Virus record (IMG/VR): IMGVR_UViG_3300025066_001543
Location: 1-37,695 of that record
DNA: 37,695 nucleotides
Reading direction: 5' to 3' (one strand)
Source: a virus
Taxonomy: Duplodnaviria; Caudoviricetes
Part shown: positions 1 to 11,000 of the stretch, one piece after another
How the letters are laid out: each line of letters opens with the position of its first letter
Numbering within the stretch: position 1 is the stretch's first letter
Made by a program: the position numbers and the translations under genes
Notes under the pieces: model-generated
Seen by the model: the letters and a program-made list of their open reading frames with translations, nothing else
Databases searched by the model: none
Told to the model about the DNA's origin: nothing

Positions 1-110
1 AGTATATTGTTAGTTGGTACTATTAACGTAAAAAAAATTAATACGAAGATATATGATATTATTAACGTTTAATACATATTTATATATAAATTAATCATTA
101 GGAATAGAAT

Positions 111-1073
111 TTGAAAACATCTAACGAAATAAGAAAAAATTGGAATTTAATTTTAGAGAACTTCCGTAACACAGGTACAATCAATGAATTAGATTTCAAA
201 GACAAAGAAGCTTACAATACCTATACCGATAAACATGACATTAATCCTGATACGGAAGTTACTGTAGATGGTAAGAAGATGAAAGCTGGTGATGTTAATA
301 AGCAAGAAGATGATCCTGCAGAAGATGATCCTGCAGAGAAGGGTCCTAGTAAACTTTCAGGTGATGATTTTGCTTCTGCTGCAGAGAAAAAACCAGAAAA
401 ACAATGGAAAAGAAAAAGAGGTGAATTTACACCTCGTCATCCAGAAGGTGAACTTCCTATAAAAGATAAAATTAATGCCGTTGCAGCACTTTGGAAAAAG
501 TATAAAGAATCTGATAGAAATGATACAGATACTCGAGGAGAAATCAAAGACCAAGTGAGTAAGTATACGGCATATGATAGTGCTGATGGAGGTGGTAGTT
601 ATGTATTTGATATTTTAGATGATGCTAGATCAGAAAAAGATGTTGCTAAAATTATAAAAAAGAAAGAAAAGTGGATAGACAAGCAAAGAGTTGGTAGTGC
701 TCCAAGTGAAACAGGTCATAATATTAATACGTCTAAAGCTACTACAAATCAACAAAATTTAATAAATTACGAACTCGATGTTTCAGAGTTTGGGAATGAC
801 GAAGAAGCACAAGAGGTAGCAGATCAATTAATGAACCTTAAAACATCTGGTGATGTATATACATATTATAAAGATCAAAGAGACTTTTCTGAGGATGATG
901 CTGTAAATGCTGCATCAACTTTTGCAGGAAAGCCCTTTAAAGGTGGTGAAATGGCTGGTGCAGTAGATGATAATCCGGAAGATTTTTACGAGGTACCTAA
1001 ATCTACAAAAGAATCTAAATTTAGTAACGATCTTGCAAAGCTAATAAACGAAATTGATAAGGATATATATTAA
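111..1073 (+). CDS. Hypothetical acidic/lysine-rich phage protein, possibly virion-associated
   Basis: 320-aa ORF, TTG start, highly charged, tandem EDDPA repeat, ATATTTATA motif upstream; no catalytic motif recognised. Confidence 0.7.
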   Translation: MKTSNEIRKNWNLILENFRNTGTINELDFKDKEAYNTYTDKHDINPDTEVTVDGKKMKAGDVNKQEDDPAEDDPAEKGPSKLSGDDFASAAEKKPEKQWKRKRGEFTPRHPEGELPIKDKINAVAALWKKYKESDRNDTDTRGEIKDQVSKYTAYDSADGGGSYVFDILDDARSEKDVAKIIKKKEKWIDKQRVGSAPSETGHNINTSKATTNQQNLINYELDVSEFGNDEEAQEVADQLMNLKTSGDVYTYYKDQRDFSEDDAVNAASTFAGKPFKGGEMAGAVDDNPEDFYEVPKSTKESKFSNDLAKLINEIDKDIY

Positions 1074-1087
1074 ACGAAATTGATAAG
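1045..1087. repeat. 17-bp direct repeat TAAACGAAATTGATAAG (1045-1061, 1071-1087) across the ORF1 stop
   Basis: Exact copies read from the sequence. Confidence 0.9.
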
Positions 1088-1105
1088 TCTGTTAAATAAA
1101 ATTAT

Positions 1106-1450
1106 TTGAACAAAAATCTTATTATCCTAATACTTTTTTCTGTATTAGCACAATCCTTAACATGGATACAGACAAATGGTCAACTTATCTGGCCATGGAT
1201 TAAAAAAAACGAATATATTGTACTTTTAGGAAGCTATCCAATTGGGTGGTTATTTTGGAAATGTACTGAGTACGGGTACCCTGCATTTGACGGTCAATTA
1301 TGGCCCGTTAGATTCATTATACAGGTAGTAGGAATTATAACATTTATAATCTTTACAACATGGCTTTTAAAAGAACCTTTTACAGCAAAAATTGCGGTTC
1401 AACTAATATTATGCATTGCAATAATTGGTGTACAATTTTTATGGAAGTAA
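1106..1450 (+). CDS. Small multi-pass membrane protein (SMR/DMT-like size and topology)
   Basis: 114 aa, about four hydrophobic segments; family is inferred from size and hydropathy only. Confidence 0.6.
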   Translation: MNKNLIILILFSVLAQSLTWIQTNGQLIWPWIKKNEYIVLLGSYPIGWLFWKCTEYGYPAFDGQLWPVRFIIQVVGIITFIIFTTWLLKEPFTAKIAVQLILCIAIIGVQFLWK

Positions 1451-1452
1451 AG

Positions 1453-1483
1453 TTGTTTAAATGAAAAAGAGTTCTTATATTAA
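1453..1483 (+). promoter_or_regulatory. Bacteroidetes-type promoter TTG-N20-TATATTAA upstream of SSB
   Basis: TTG 1453-1455, TATATTAA 1476-1483; the same 20-bp spacing recurs at other intergenic sites. Confidence 0.65.
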
Positions 1484-1576
1484 GTATAAATTCAGTTACA
1501 GTTGATATTTATATATGGTATCAATTAGAAATTGAAAAGTTTTATTATTAATTAACAATTAAAAAAGGAAGTTATT

Positions 1577-2338
1577 ATGGCAATCGACATAGACGCAATC
1601 CGCAAGAAGTTAAATTCACTTCAAAACAAGACAGGACAACAAAACAATCTTTGGAAACCAGAACCTGGTAAACAACAAGTGAGAATTGTCCCTTATCAAC
1701 ACAATAAAGATAATCCATTTATTGAATTATTTTTCCATTACGGGCTTAACGGAAAGACTCATCTTTCTCCAATCTCTCACGGAAAATTAGATCCAATTGT
1801 AGAGTTTTCCGAAAAACTTAAAGCAACTGGTAATTCTGATGACTGGAAATTATCTAAAAAGTTGGAACCAAAAATGAGAACCTATGTTCCTGTTGTCGTT
1901 AGAGGACAAGAATCAGAAGGTGTTAAATTTTGGGGATTTGGTAAAAGCGTATATCAAGAATTACTTGGTTTTATCGCAGATCCTGATTACGGTGACATTA
2001 CTGATCCTGTCAATGGTAGAGATATCACAGTAGAGTTTAAAACTGCCGAAGAAACCGGTAAGAATTATCCCTCTACAACTATTAGGGTAAAACCTAATCA
2101 AACTCCAGTTAGCGAAGATAAAGCTATTATTGAGTTAATTACTAATCAAAAGGATATTAACGATATCTTCAGGGAACCATCCTATGAAGACTTAACTAGT
2201 GCTCTACAAGAGTGGTTAAATCCAGATGATAGTGAAGGTACTGAAGGCACTGAAAGTAAGTCAACAACGTCTGAAACTACAACAGACAATAAAGTTGATG
2301 ATGTTTCACAGGCATTTGAAGAACTCTTCAATAAGTAA
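1577..2338 (+). CDS. Single-stranded DNA-binding protein, T4 gp32-like
   Basis: LWKPEPG, VRIVP, GVKFWGFGK, DITDPVNGRDI motifs; acidic tail ending FEELFNK; next to recombinase. Confidence 0.85.
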   Translation: MAIDIDAIRKKLNSLQNKTGQQNNLWKPEPGKQQVRIVPYQHNKDNPFIELFFHYGLNGKTHLSPISHGKLDPIVEFSEKLKATGNSDDWKLSKKLEPKMRTYVPVVVRGQESEGVKFWGFGKSVYQELLGFIADPDYGDITDPVNGRDITVEFKTAEETGKNYPSTTIRVKPNQTPVSEDKAIIELITNQKDINDIFREPSYEDLTSALQEWLNPDDSEGTEGTESKSTTSETTTDNKVDDVSQAFEELFNK

Positions 2339-2340
2339 AG

Positions 2341-2370
2341 ATATGGGCGCAAGCCCATATTTTATTTTTT
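2341..2370 (+). terminator. Intrinsic terminator-like hairpin
   Basis: ATATGGGC-GCAA-GCCCATAT perfect stem with GNRA loop, then T-rich run. Confidence 0.8.
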
Positions 2371-2395
2371 AATTTATATTAACTACAATAATCGT

Positions 2396-3547
2396 ATGGC
2401 TAAAAGTAAACAAAAAAAATCTCAAGTACATGATGAATTAGCTGGTATTTTGGCTGAGGGCTTAAATAAAAAATTTAAAAATTCGGCTAACAAAGTAGCG
2501 TTCTTTTTAAACGGACAAGGAGATTCACCTAGCGAAATAAAAGGGTATATTGGTACTGGAAGTTCAATGCTGGATATTGCAATCGCAAATAAATCAGGAG
2601 GGGGATTTCCAGTGGGTAGAATTTCAGAAATAACTGGTTTAGAAGCTTCAGGTAAATCCTTATTAGCAGCACATGCTTTAGGTAACACACAAAAACAGGG
2701 AGGTCTAGGTGTATATATTGACACAGAAAATGCTGTAAGCAGAGAATTCTTAGAAGCAATAGGTGTTGATCTAGAAAAAATGTTATATGTCCCGTTAGAA
2801 ACAGTAGAGGATATATTTGAGGCTATTGAAAGTATAGTACTTAAAGTAAGAGAAAGTAACAGGGACAGACTTGTTACTATTGTTGTTGATTCTATTATGG
2901 GAGCTTCAACAAAAATTGAGATGGCAGCTGAATTTGAAAAAGACGGGTACGCTACTCAAAAAGCTATTATATTATCTAAAGCAATGAGAAAGATTACTAA
3001 TATGATTGGCAGGGAAAAGATCTGTCTTATATTTACTAATCAACTAAGAACACGATTAGGTGTAATGTTCGGGGATCCCTGGACAACTAGTGGTGGTAAA
3101 GCCATTGCATTTCATTCATCAGTCAGGTTGAGATTAAAATCAATCGGTCAGATTAAAGTTAAGAAGAATGGTAAAGATCAGGTAGTAGGTATTAAAACTA
3201 GATGTCAGGTAATTAAAAACCGACTAGGACCACCATTGAAGACTATAGATTATGATATCTACTTTGACAGTGGTATCGATGATTTTGGAGGGTGGTTAAA
3301 TCTATTAAAAGACAATAAACTTGTAACCGTCGCAGGAGCGTGGTACACGTACGTTAATACTGAAACTAAAGAAGAGGTTAAATTTCAATCTAAGGAGTTT
3401 GAAGATAAAATAATTGGTAATCCTGTTTTAAAAGAACAAATTTACAATAGAATATGTGAAGCTGTTATCCTTAAGTACAAGCCGGGAGAAGACGGAGGAA
3501 TTGATGATATTATTATAGATGATAAAGTTATAAATTCCGAAGGATAA
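2396..3547 (+). CDS. recA: RecA/UvsX recombinase
   Basis: Walker A GLEASGKS, YIDTE, Walker B IVVDS, IFTNQLR, TTSGGKAIAFHSSVRL. Confidence 0.95.
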   Translation: MAKSKQKKSQVHDELAGILAEGLNKKFKNSANKVAFFLNGQGDSPSEIKGYIGTGSSMLDIAIANKSGGGFPVGRISEITGLEASGKSLLAAHALGNTQKQGGLGVYIDTENAVSREFLEAIGVDLEKMLYVPLETVEDIFEAIESIVLKVRESNRDRLVTIVVDSIMGASTKIEMAAEFEKDGYATQKAIILSKAMRKITNMIGREKICLIFTNQLRTRLGVMFGDPWTTSGGKAIAFHSSVRLRLKSIGQIKVKKNGKDQVVGIKTRCQVIKNRLGPPLKTIDYDIYFDSGIDDFGGWLNLLKDNKLVTVAGAWYTYVNTETKEEVKFQSKEFEDKIIGNPVLKEQIYNRICEAVILKYKPGEDGGIDDIIIDDKVINSEG

Positions 3548-4584
3548 TGTTAAAGAAATATGCAGACTTACTAAAAGAAGTACAAGAAAACACCACCGAT
3601 TCACAACAACCTGACGACAAGGTTTTAATTATTGATGGATTGAATAACTTTATTAGAGTTTTCAGTGCTATATCAACAATGAATGACGATGGAGAGCATA
3701 TTGGAGGATTGGTTGGATTTTTAAAATCAATAGCAGCTGCAATTCGTCAACATAATCCAACTAGATGTATTATTGTATTTGACGGACATGGTGGTTCTAA
3801 TAGACGTAGGAAACTATTTAAAGGTTATAAGAGTGGGCGATTTTCAAAAAGTAGATTAAATAGGAGTATTGAATATTCTAATGTACAAGATGAACAACAA
3901 AGTCTTAAAGCTCAGTTATATAAACTAATTGAATATTTAGATCAATTACCCATTCACACACTTTCAATTGACAATATAGAAGCTGATGATACTATCGCGT
4001 ACATAGCAAAAAGCTTAATAACTAAAGAAGTTGTTATAATGTCTTCTGATAAGGATTTCTTACAACTAGTAGATCACAGAATTAATATATGGAGTCCAAC
4101 AAAGAAAAAGCTTTACACACCTGAATTAATAAAGGAGGAATACGGTATATCATCAACTAACTTTATTTGGTACAGGGCACTGGATGGAGATAAATCAGAT
4201 AATATACCAGGTATAGGTGGAGTAGGGCTCAAAACACTAAAAAAATACTTACCTATATTAACTGAAGATGAATTAGTAGATTACGATAAAATGGTTTCAT
4301 ATATAGATAAACAAGAAAAATCATATAAATTGTATGAATCAATAAAATCATCTGAAGATACTATTAATCTCAATTACAGGCTTATGCAATTACATGATGT
4401 TGATATTAGTGGTAGTATTAAGTCGAGAATTAAAGATATAGTTAGATCACCTATACCACAATTAAATGCATTTAACTTTAAAAGACTTTTTATTAGAGAT
4501 AAACTATATTCTAATATATCTAATTTAGAATACTGGCTCAATCAAAGTTTTAGACCGTTAAGTAGATATTCTACAGTTAAATAG
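3547..4584 (+). CDS. 5'-3' exonuclease / flap endonuclease (T4 RNase H / PolI 5' nuclease family)
   Basis: LIIDG, IVFDG, EADD, SSDKDFLQL, GDKSDNIPGI.GVG.KT motifs. Confidence 0.93.
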   Translation: MLKKYADLLKEVQENTTDSQQPDDKVLIIDGLNNFIRVFSAISTMNDDGEHIGGLVGFLKSIAAAIRQHNPTRCIIVFDGHGGSNRRRKLFKGYKSGRFSKSRLNRSIEYSNVQDEQQSLKAQLYKLIEYLDQLPIHTLSIDNIEADDTIAYIAKSLITKEVVIMSSDKDFLQLVDHRINIWSPTKKKLYTPELIKEEYGISSTNFIWYRALDGDKSDNIPGIGGVGLKTLKKYLPILTEDELVDYDKMVSYIDKQEKSYKLYESIKSSEDTINLNYRLMQLHDVDISGSIKSRIKDIVRSPIPQLNAFNFKRLFIRDKLYSNISNLEYWLNQSFRPLSRYSTVK

Positions 4585-4615
4585 TTGTGATCGTACAACT
4601 TTTTTATTATATTTA
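4585..4615 (+). promoter_or_regulatory. Promoter TTG-N20-TATATTTA upstream of helicase
   Basis: TTG 4585-4587, TATATTTA 4608-4615. Confidence 0.65.
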
Positions 4616-4627
4616 AGAGAAAAATAA

Positions 4628-5974
4628 ATGAGCAACGATTCTTTTCATAAGTTTGGATATACATTTCAAGTAAAAATTATAACATCATTAATTACAGATG
4701 TATCATTTCTACAGCAAATATCCGATATGCTAAATATTGATTATTTTGAATCAGATTCTAATAAATGGTTAGTAAATTGTATTATGGAGTATTTTGTAAA
4801 ACATAAATCACAGCCTACGATGGAGGTGTTTAGGGCAGAGGTTGCAGATATTGATAACGATACGTTAAAGGCTGCAATTATTGAATCTCTCAAGGATGTG
4901 TACAGGTACATTGAATCAGCTGACCTGGATTTTGTAAAAGAAAAGACAATAGATTTCTGTAAAAATAAATGTATAAAAAATGCAATACTCGATTCAGTTC
5001 CTTTACTAGATCTAGGTAATTATGACGGTATTAAAACACTTATCGACAGCGCAATGAAGGCCGGTGCTGATAAAGAAATCGGTCATGAATATAACACACA
5101 GATACAGGAAAGATATACAGAGAGCGTTAGGAAAACAGTGCTTACACCATGGCCTGTCCTCAACGATTTAACTGATGGTGGGTTAGGAAGAGGAGAGCTA
5201 GGAGTATTTGTTGCACCTGCAGGAATTGGAAAGTCATGGGCATTAATCAACATTGGAGCTGATGCTATTAAAAACGGTAAAAATGTCATACACTACACGT
5301 TGGAGCTTAGTGAAGCATACGTTGGGCTAAGATATGACAGTGTAATGACTGGTATACCAGCTCAAAATCTAAAACATCATCAAGATGATGTAGAAAAAAT
5401 TATAAATCAAGTACCTGGTAATCTGGTAATAAAATATTATCCAACAAAAGGTGCTAGAGTAAATACATTAAGGGTACATATTGAAAAAAGTATTGCACTA
5501 GGACAACCACCTGATATTATTATATTAGATTACGCTGATTTGTTACGTTCAGATCATAAAGGAGAAAAAAGACATGAACTAGAGACGATATATGAAGATA
5601 TTCGTGGATTAGCAGGGGAATATAATATACCGTTATGGACAGCATCACAAGCTAACAGATCAAGTCTCGAAGAACAAGAAATAACTGCTATGAATGTAGC
5701 AGAAAGTTACGCTAAGGTTATGATTGCTGACTTTATAATTTCACTCTCTAGAAAAGTAGAAGATAAGATAGCAGGAACAGGAAGATGGCACGTTATTAAA
5801 AATAGGTTTGGACCAGATGGATTAACATTCCCGTCAGATATGAATACTAGTAATGGTCAGATTAAGATACACGAAAGAACAACAGTAGAAGGCCGTACTG
5901 CTTCAGAAAAGATGGAAAATCAATCTGAATATGCACGTCAAATATTATCTCAAAAATTTAAAGAATTATTATAA
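4628..5974 (+). CDS. Replicative DNA helicase, DnaB/T4 gp41-like
   Basis: Walker A APAGIGKS, TLELSE, ILDYADLL, WTASQANR, KNRFG. Confidence 0.93.
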   Translation: MSNDSFHKFGYTFQVKIITSLITDVSFLQQISDMLNIDYFESDSNKWLVNCIMEYFVKHKSQPTMEVFRAEVADIDNDTLKAAIIESLKDVYRYIESADLDFVKEKTIDFCKNKCIKNAILDSVPLLDLGNYDGIKTLIDSAMKAGADKEIGHEYNTQIQERYTESVRKTVLTPWPVLNDLTDGGLGRGELGVFVAPAGIGKSWALINIGADAIKNGKNVIHYTLELSEAYVGLRYDSVMTGIPAQNLKHHQDDVEKIINQVPGNLVIKYYPTKGARVNTLRVHIEKSIALGQPPDIIILDYADLLRSDHKGEKRHELETIYEDIRGLAGEYNIPLWTASQANRSSLEEQEITAMNVAESYAKVMIADFIISLSRKVEDKIAGTGRWHVIKNRFGPDGLTFPSDMNTSNGQIKIHERTTVEGRTASEKMENQSEYARQILSQKFKELL

Positions 5975-6108
5975 AATAATTTGAGATAACTATCGGTATT
6001 GATATGTACTAGCATAATTATATTCACAACAATAATTAAAACAGCTACATGCTACAGGTTTTATTTTTTACAATTTTCTTCTTAATTTAAATAAAGGTTA
6101 TTAATATT

Positions 6109-7965
6109 ATGAATATATCTAATCAAATACTCAGTGATATCACAGTCCATATGAAATACGCAAGATTTTTACCGGAAAATAATAGAAGAGAAACCTGGGA
6201 TGAGATAGTAGATAGAAATAAAGATATGCACATTAAAAAATTTCCTAAATTAAAAAAAGAAATTAATCATGCATATAAATGGGTACATGACAGAAAAGTT
6301 TTACCTTCAATGAGATCAATGCAATTTGCAGGAAAGCCAATTGAAATCTCCCCCAACAGAATTTATAATTGTGCATTTGTTCCTGTAGACGACTGGAGAT
6401 CATTTGCAGAAATTATGTTCCTACTATTAGGTGGAACTGGAATAGGATTTTCAGTACAAAAACATCACGTAGAAAAATTACCTGAAATCCAAAAACCGAG
6501 TACAAAACGTAAAAGAAGATTTTTAATTAATGATTCAATTGAGGGGTGGGCAGATGCTGTTAAGGTGTTAGTTAAGTCGTATTTTTGTGGAGGATCAAAT
6601 ATAATATTTGATTTTAGTGATATTAGACCGAAAGGTGCACGTTTAATTACATCTGGTGGTAAAGCACCGGGACCACAACCATTAAAAGAATGTTTAATTA
6701 AGGTCAGAGGTATTTTAGATCATAAAGAAAATGGAGATTCACTAGAACCAATCGAAGTTCATGATATTGTTTGTCATATTGCAGACGCAGTACTAGCTGG
6801 TGGTATTAGAAGAGCAGCTTTAATTTCACTTTTTTCTGCTGACGACGATGAAATGATTTCTTGTAAAGCTGGTGACTGGTGGGAAACTAACCCACAGAGA
6901 GGAAGAGCTAATAATTCAGCTGCACTTTGTCGAAGCAAGGTACAGAAAGATTTCTTTTTAGATTTGTGGAAAAGGATCGAATTAAGTGGTGCAGGGGAAC
7001 CTGGTATTTATTTTACAAATGATAAAGAATGGGGAACTAATCCATGTTGTGAAATAGCATTACGACCTTATCAATTCTGTAATTTATGTGAAGTAAATGT
7101 TTCAAATATTGAATCTCAGGAAGATCTTAATGAACGTGTAAAGGCTGCAGCATTTATAGGTACACTTCAAGCAGCATACACTGATTTCCATTACCTACGA
7201 GCGGTGTGGCAAAGAAATACAGAAAAGGACGCATTAATAGGCGTAAGCATGACTGGAATCGGTAGTGGTAGAGTTTTAGGATATGATATGAAAGAAGCGG
7301 CTAGTATTGTAAAGGAAGAAAATGCAAAAATAGCAGAAATAATAGGTATAAAAGCCGCGGCAAGAACCACAACAGTAAAACCAGCTGGGACAACCTCACT
7401 TGTATTAGGTACATCGTCTGGTATCCATGCATGGCACAGTGATTATTATATAAGACGTATACGTGTTGGAAAAAATGAATCTATATACACCTATCTTTCA
7501 ATTAATCATCCAGAACTATTACAAGATGAATATTTTAGACCTCATGATACCGCTGTAATTGAGATACCACAAAAGTCACCTTCCGGATCAATATTAAGAA
7601 CTGAATCTGTATTTAATTTATTAGATAGAGTAAAGAAAATATCTAAGGAATGGATTAAATCAGGGAATAGAAAAGGTATGAACTCACATAATGTATCAGC
7701 TACAGTTTCAATAAAAGAAGACGAATGGGATCTTGTTGGTGAGTGGATGTGGCATAACAGAAAATTTTATAATGGACTATCTGTGTTACCTTACGATGGT
7801 GGTAGTTACATACAGGCTCCGTTTGAGGATTGCAGTGAAACTACATATAATAAAATGATGGGATCACTACAATCCATAGATTTATCAAAGGTTGTTGAAA
7901 TGACTGATGAGACAGATCTTAAAGGAGAACTAGCTTGCGCAGGAGGTAACTGCGAAGTAAAATAA
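6109..7965 (+). CDS. nrdJ: Class II (adenosylcobalamin-dependent) ribonucleotide reductase
   Basis: RRETW, YNC, GGTGIGFS, TNPCCEI, FCNLCE, TTVKPAGT and C-terminal CAGGNC; no adjacent beta subunit. Confidence 0.9.
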   Translation: MNISNQILSDITVHMKYARFLPENNRRETWDEIVDRNKDMHIKKFPKLKKEINHAYKWVHDRKVLPSMRSMQFAGKPIEISPNRIYNCAFVPVDDWRSFAEIMFLLLGGTGIGFSVQKHHVEKLPEIQKPSTKRKRRFLINDSIEGWADAVKVLVKSYFCGGSNIIFDFSDIRPKGARLITSGGKAPGPQPLKECLIKVRGILDHKENGDSLEPIEVHDIVCHIADAVLAGGIRRAALISLFSADDDEMISCKAGDWWETNPQRGRANNSAALCRSKVQKDFFLDLWKRIELSGAGEPGIYFTNDKEWGTNPCCEIALRPYQFCNLCEVNVSNIESQEDLNERVKAAAFIGTLQAAYTDFHYLRAVWQRNTEKDALIGVSMTGIGSGRVLGYDMKEAASIVKEENAKIAEIIGIKAAARTTTVKPAGTTSLVLGTSSGIHAWHSDYYIRRIRVGKNESIYTYLSINHPELLQDEYFRPHDTAVIEIPQKSPSGSILRTESVFNLLDRVKKISKEWIKSGNRKGMNSHNVSATVSIKEDEWDLVGEWMWHNRKFYNGLSVLPYDGGSYIQAPFEDCSETTYNKMMGSLQSIDLSKVVEMTDETDLKGELACAGGNCEVK

Positions 7966-8002
7966 TTCAATATTTATATTTTTAAAAAAACAAAAAGGTT
8001 AT

Positions 8003-11000
8003 ATGAACATAAATTTATTATGTGTACTACTACTATTGTGTTTTAATGTACACGCACAATTATCTCAGTGTAATACCGGAGGTTGTTATAATTTAACATT
8101 ACAAAATCCATCTAATACATTTTCAACAACATCTAATGGATGGGGTTTAGTTGGTAATTGTATGGTAGGTGGTAATTATGCACTATTCGATGTACAATGT
8201 GGATCAACCTATGAATGGACAACGTGCAGTGATTTCGGAGGAACTCAAGCCTGGAATTCAGAATTAACATTATTAGATATAAGTAATAATATTATCTGCT
8301 ATCAAGATAATTCAAATAGAATATCCTGTTCAAGTTCTCCATACCTAGGATGGACTGCTACATTTACAGGTCAAGTAAAGGTACTGTTAACAAAAACAGG
8401 GTGTGATCCAGTACCTAGTGGCTGTAATCGCCTAGTATGGCGAATGTCGCAAGGAAGTGGTAACACAATAAATGCTCCTCCTGTTATCGCTCAACCAGAT
8501 CCAACTAACCCTACCGCTGGTATATTATTAACTTGGTCATCAGTACAAGGAGCAACATCTTACGATATTATTGACTGTAGTAATAATAGTATTGTAGGTA
8601 ATACACAGTCCATTCAGTATTCCGTCAGTGGTTTACAGAGTGGACTTTCTTATTCTTTTAAGGTTGGTGTAAATATTGGCAGTTGTGCTAGTGTAAATTC
8701 ATCTTGTGCTACATCAACAACACAAGCAGCAGCAATGCCACCAGTAGCAAACTTCACTTCAAACATAACTTCAGTTATTGAGGGGAATGTCGTTAACTTC
8801 ACAGACCTATCAACGAACTCACCAACAACAATTGGTTGGACACTCCAAGGAGGTGTACCACCAACATCAAATCTTAAAGATCCATCAATAAGTTATATCA
8901 CTACAGGGCTTTATTCGGTATCACTAACCGTTGGTAATGCTTACGGTAGTGACACCAAAACAGAGGTACAATATATAAACGTATTACAACAAGGTAGTAC
9001 ATCACTTTATATTGGTGGTTTAATAATGTACGCTGATAATATAACACCTACTGGTAATATGAGAACGGCAACTGGTAACGTAAGGATTGGTTTAGTTGGA
9101 TGTAACAGCTTCATTCACTTCTCTGATGACGTTTATATTGAGATGGGAACTAGCGAGATAACTTCAAACTGTCAGGTATTCTTTGTTGGTAACACAGGAG
9201 ATACTACTAACTTAATAAACATGCCGTTTACATATAAGATTACGGGAGCCACACTGACTGATATGAATAACCCAATAAACGGTGTATTCAGATTGGCAAA
9301 ACTTCCTGTACAGATAGACAACTTCGAATTCTTATGTGATGGTATATTGATTGAAGGTTATTTGTCATTACCTGCTGATGTATCTAGTTGGACATCAAAT
9401 CCAGCATTTGGTTCAACATCAATGACAGCAACATTAAACGCTTTAAAGATAACACAAAGCAATGGTATTCAGTTCAACGCTAATATACACGTAACAAATG
9501 TAAAGGTGATGAACAAACTAAAACTAAACTATTTGGATATTGGTTTGAATACTATTGATGACATCTTCACTGGGTCAACAAAACTAACAACACCAATAAT
9601 AGGAATCGGTGGTAGTGTAAGAATATCACAAGGTAAACTTGATCAGATTGGATTATCAGTAACTCCTTTAACACCAATACCTTTGGGAACAACGGGACTG
9701 GCAATATCAACAGGGTATGGTAGTATTCAATATCTGGCAACACCACCACCTATCGAAATGACATTGGGTTGTTATGTAGTACCAGCAACACCATATTCAT
9801 TTGAGTCATTAGGTTATTTAGATCTATCATGTACGTATCAGTTGGGGACATATTTCGGTGCCAATGGTAAGATATCAATATTCGATCATTACCTTGCCAA
9901 TGTTGGTTTCAAAGTATGGAGTTATAAATTTAATGTAAGTGGTTCAGTGGGGTTTAAAAATATCATATATGGTTACGGAACTTTTACGATACAGAAACCA
10001 CCAACAAATCCTGTTGAGATGTACGGCACATTTGGTGCAGCACTTAAAATGCCACCACAATCAACGGTAGATTCATTACCAGCATATTTGAGATATCCCC
10101 TAACATATGCCTTTCCAACGGGACAAACAATAGCAAGCTGTGACAACTACGTCAATACCGATTATTTGGCAGGAGTTGCTGAGGTGAACGCTCAGACATT
10201 AGGATTCTCGATACCAAAGATATTCTATAAACTTAACTGGGTTGGTAGTGGAGTACACTTTACTTGGGGAATCAATTATCAAATCATGCCGATAGAAGCT
10301 CGTTATGAACTGGGAATAAATAGATCACAATTGAATGTGTCGGTATTTGAACTGTTTGCAAGCTCAAAAAGTATTCTCATTGAGAAGTACGGTTACGGAG
10401 ATTGGAAGTTGAGGTTACCAAATGGTGACAGCATCACAACAGCGACTGGTAACATAACATCATTCACACAAGATGGTTATACCGTTATTCATATCGAAGA
10501 TGGTGAGTTGGGAGAATATGAGTTCGTAACGCCAGACGATAGTACCACAGTTATCAGAGCAAACATGCCACCAAGTATTGAGATAAAATCATTTGATGGT
10601 AGTAAAGTCATATGGGAAGATTACGATATCGATGACGATGCAAATATAATGTTCGGTTTGGATAATGACATGAAAGATGTTGATGGTGTTTGGATTGCTG
10701 ATAATATATCTGAAGATGATAAAGACACAATAATATTATCAACAGACGTGCCTACGGGAACTTACTATCTTTATGCTATTATTAAAGATGAGATAGGACA
10801 ACAACATTATGATTACTACCCAACACCTATAACAATAGTCGCAGCAAATGCTCCATCAAAACCAACAGGGCTAACATATCAAACAACAGATACCACATTG
10901 ACACTTAGCGTTGATGACGCAACTTCTGAGAGTTACGTATTATATTATAGTAATAAAGATGACATAAGTCATTCTAGTAAAAATATATTATTCGGCAGCG

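Noticed and set aside
306-338. 15-bp tandem repeat encoding EDDPA twice
   Set aside because: Simple in-frame slippage in a low-complexity linker.
5975-6108. Cobalamin riboswitch or NrdR box upstream of nrdJ
   Set aside because: Spacer is short and AT-rich, with no B12-box or convincing NrdR palindrome.
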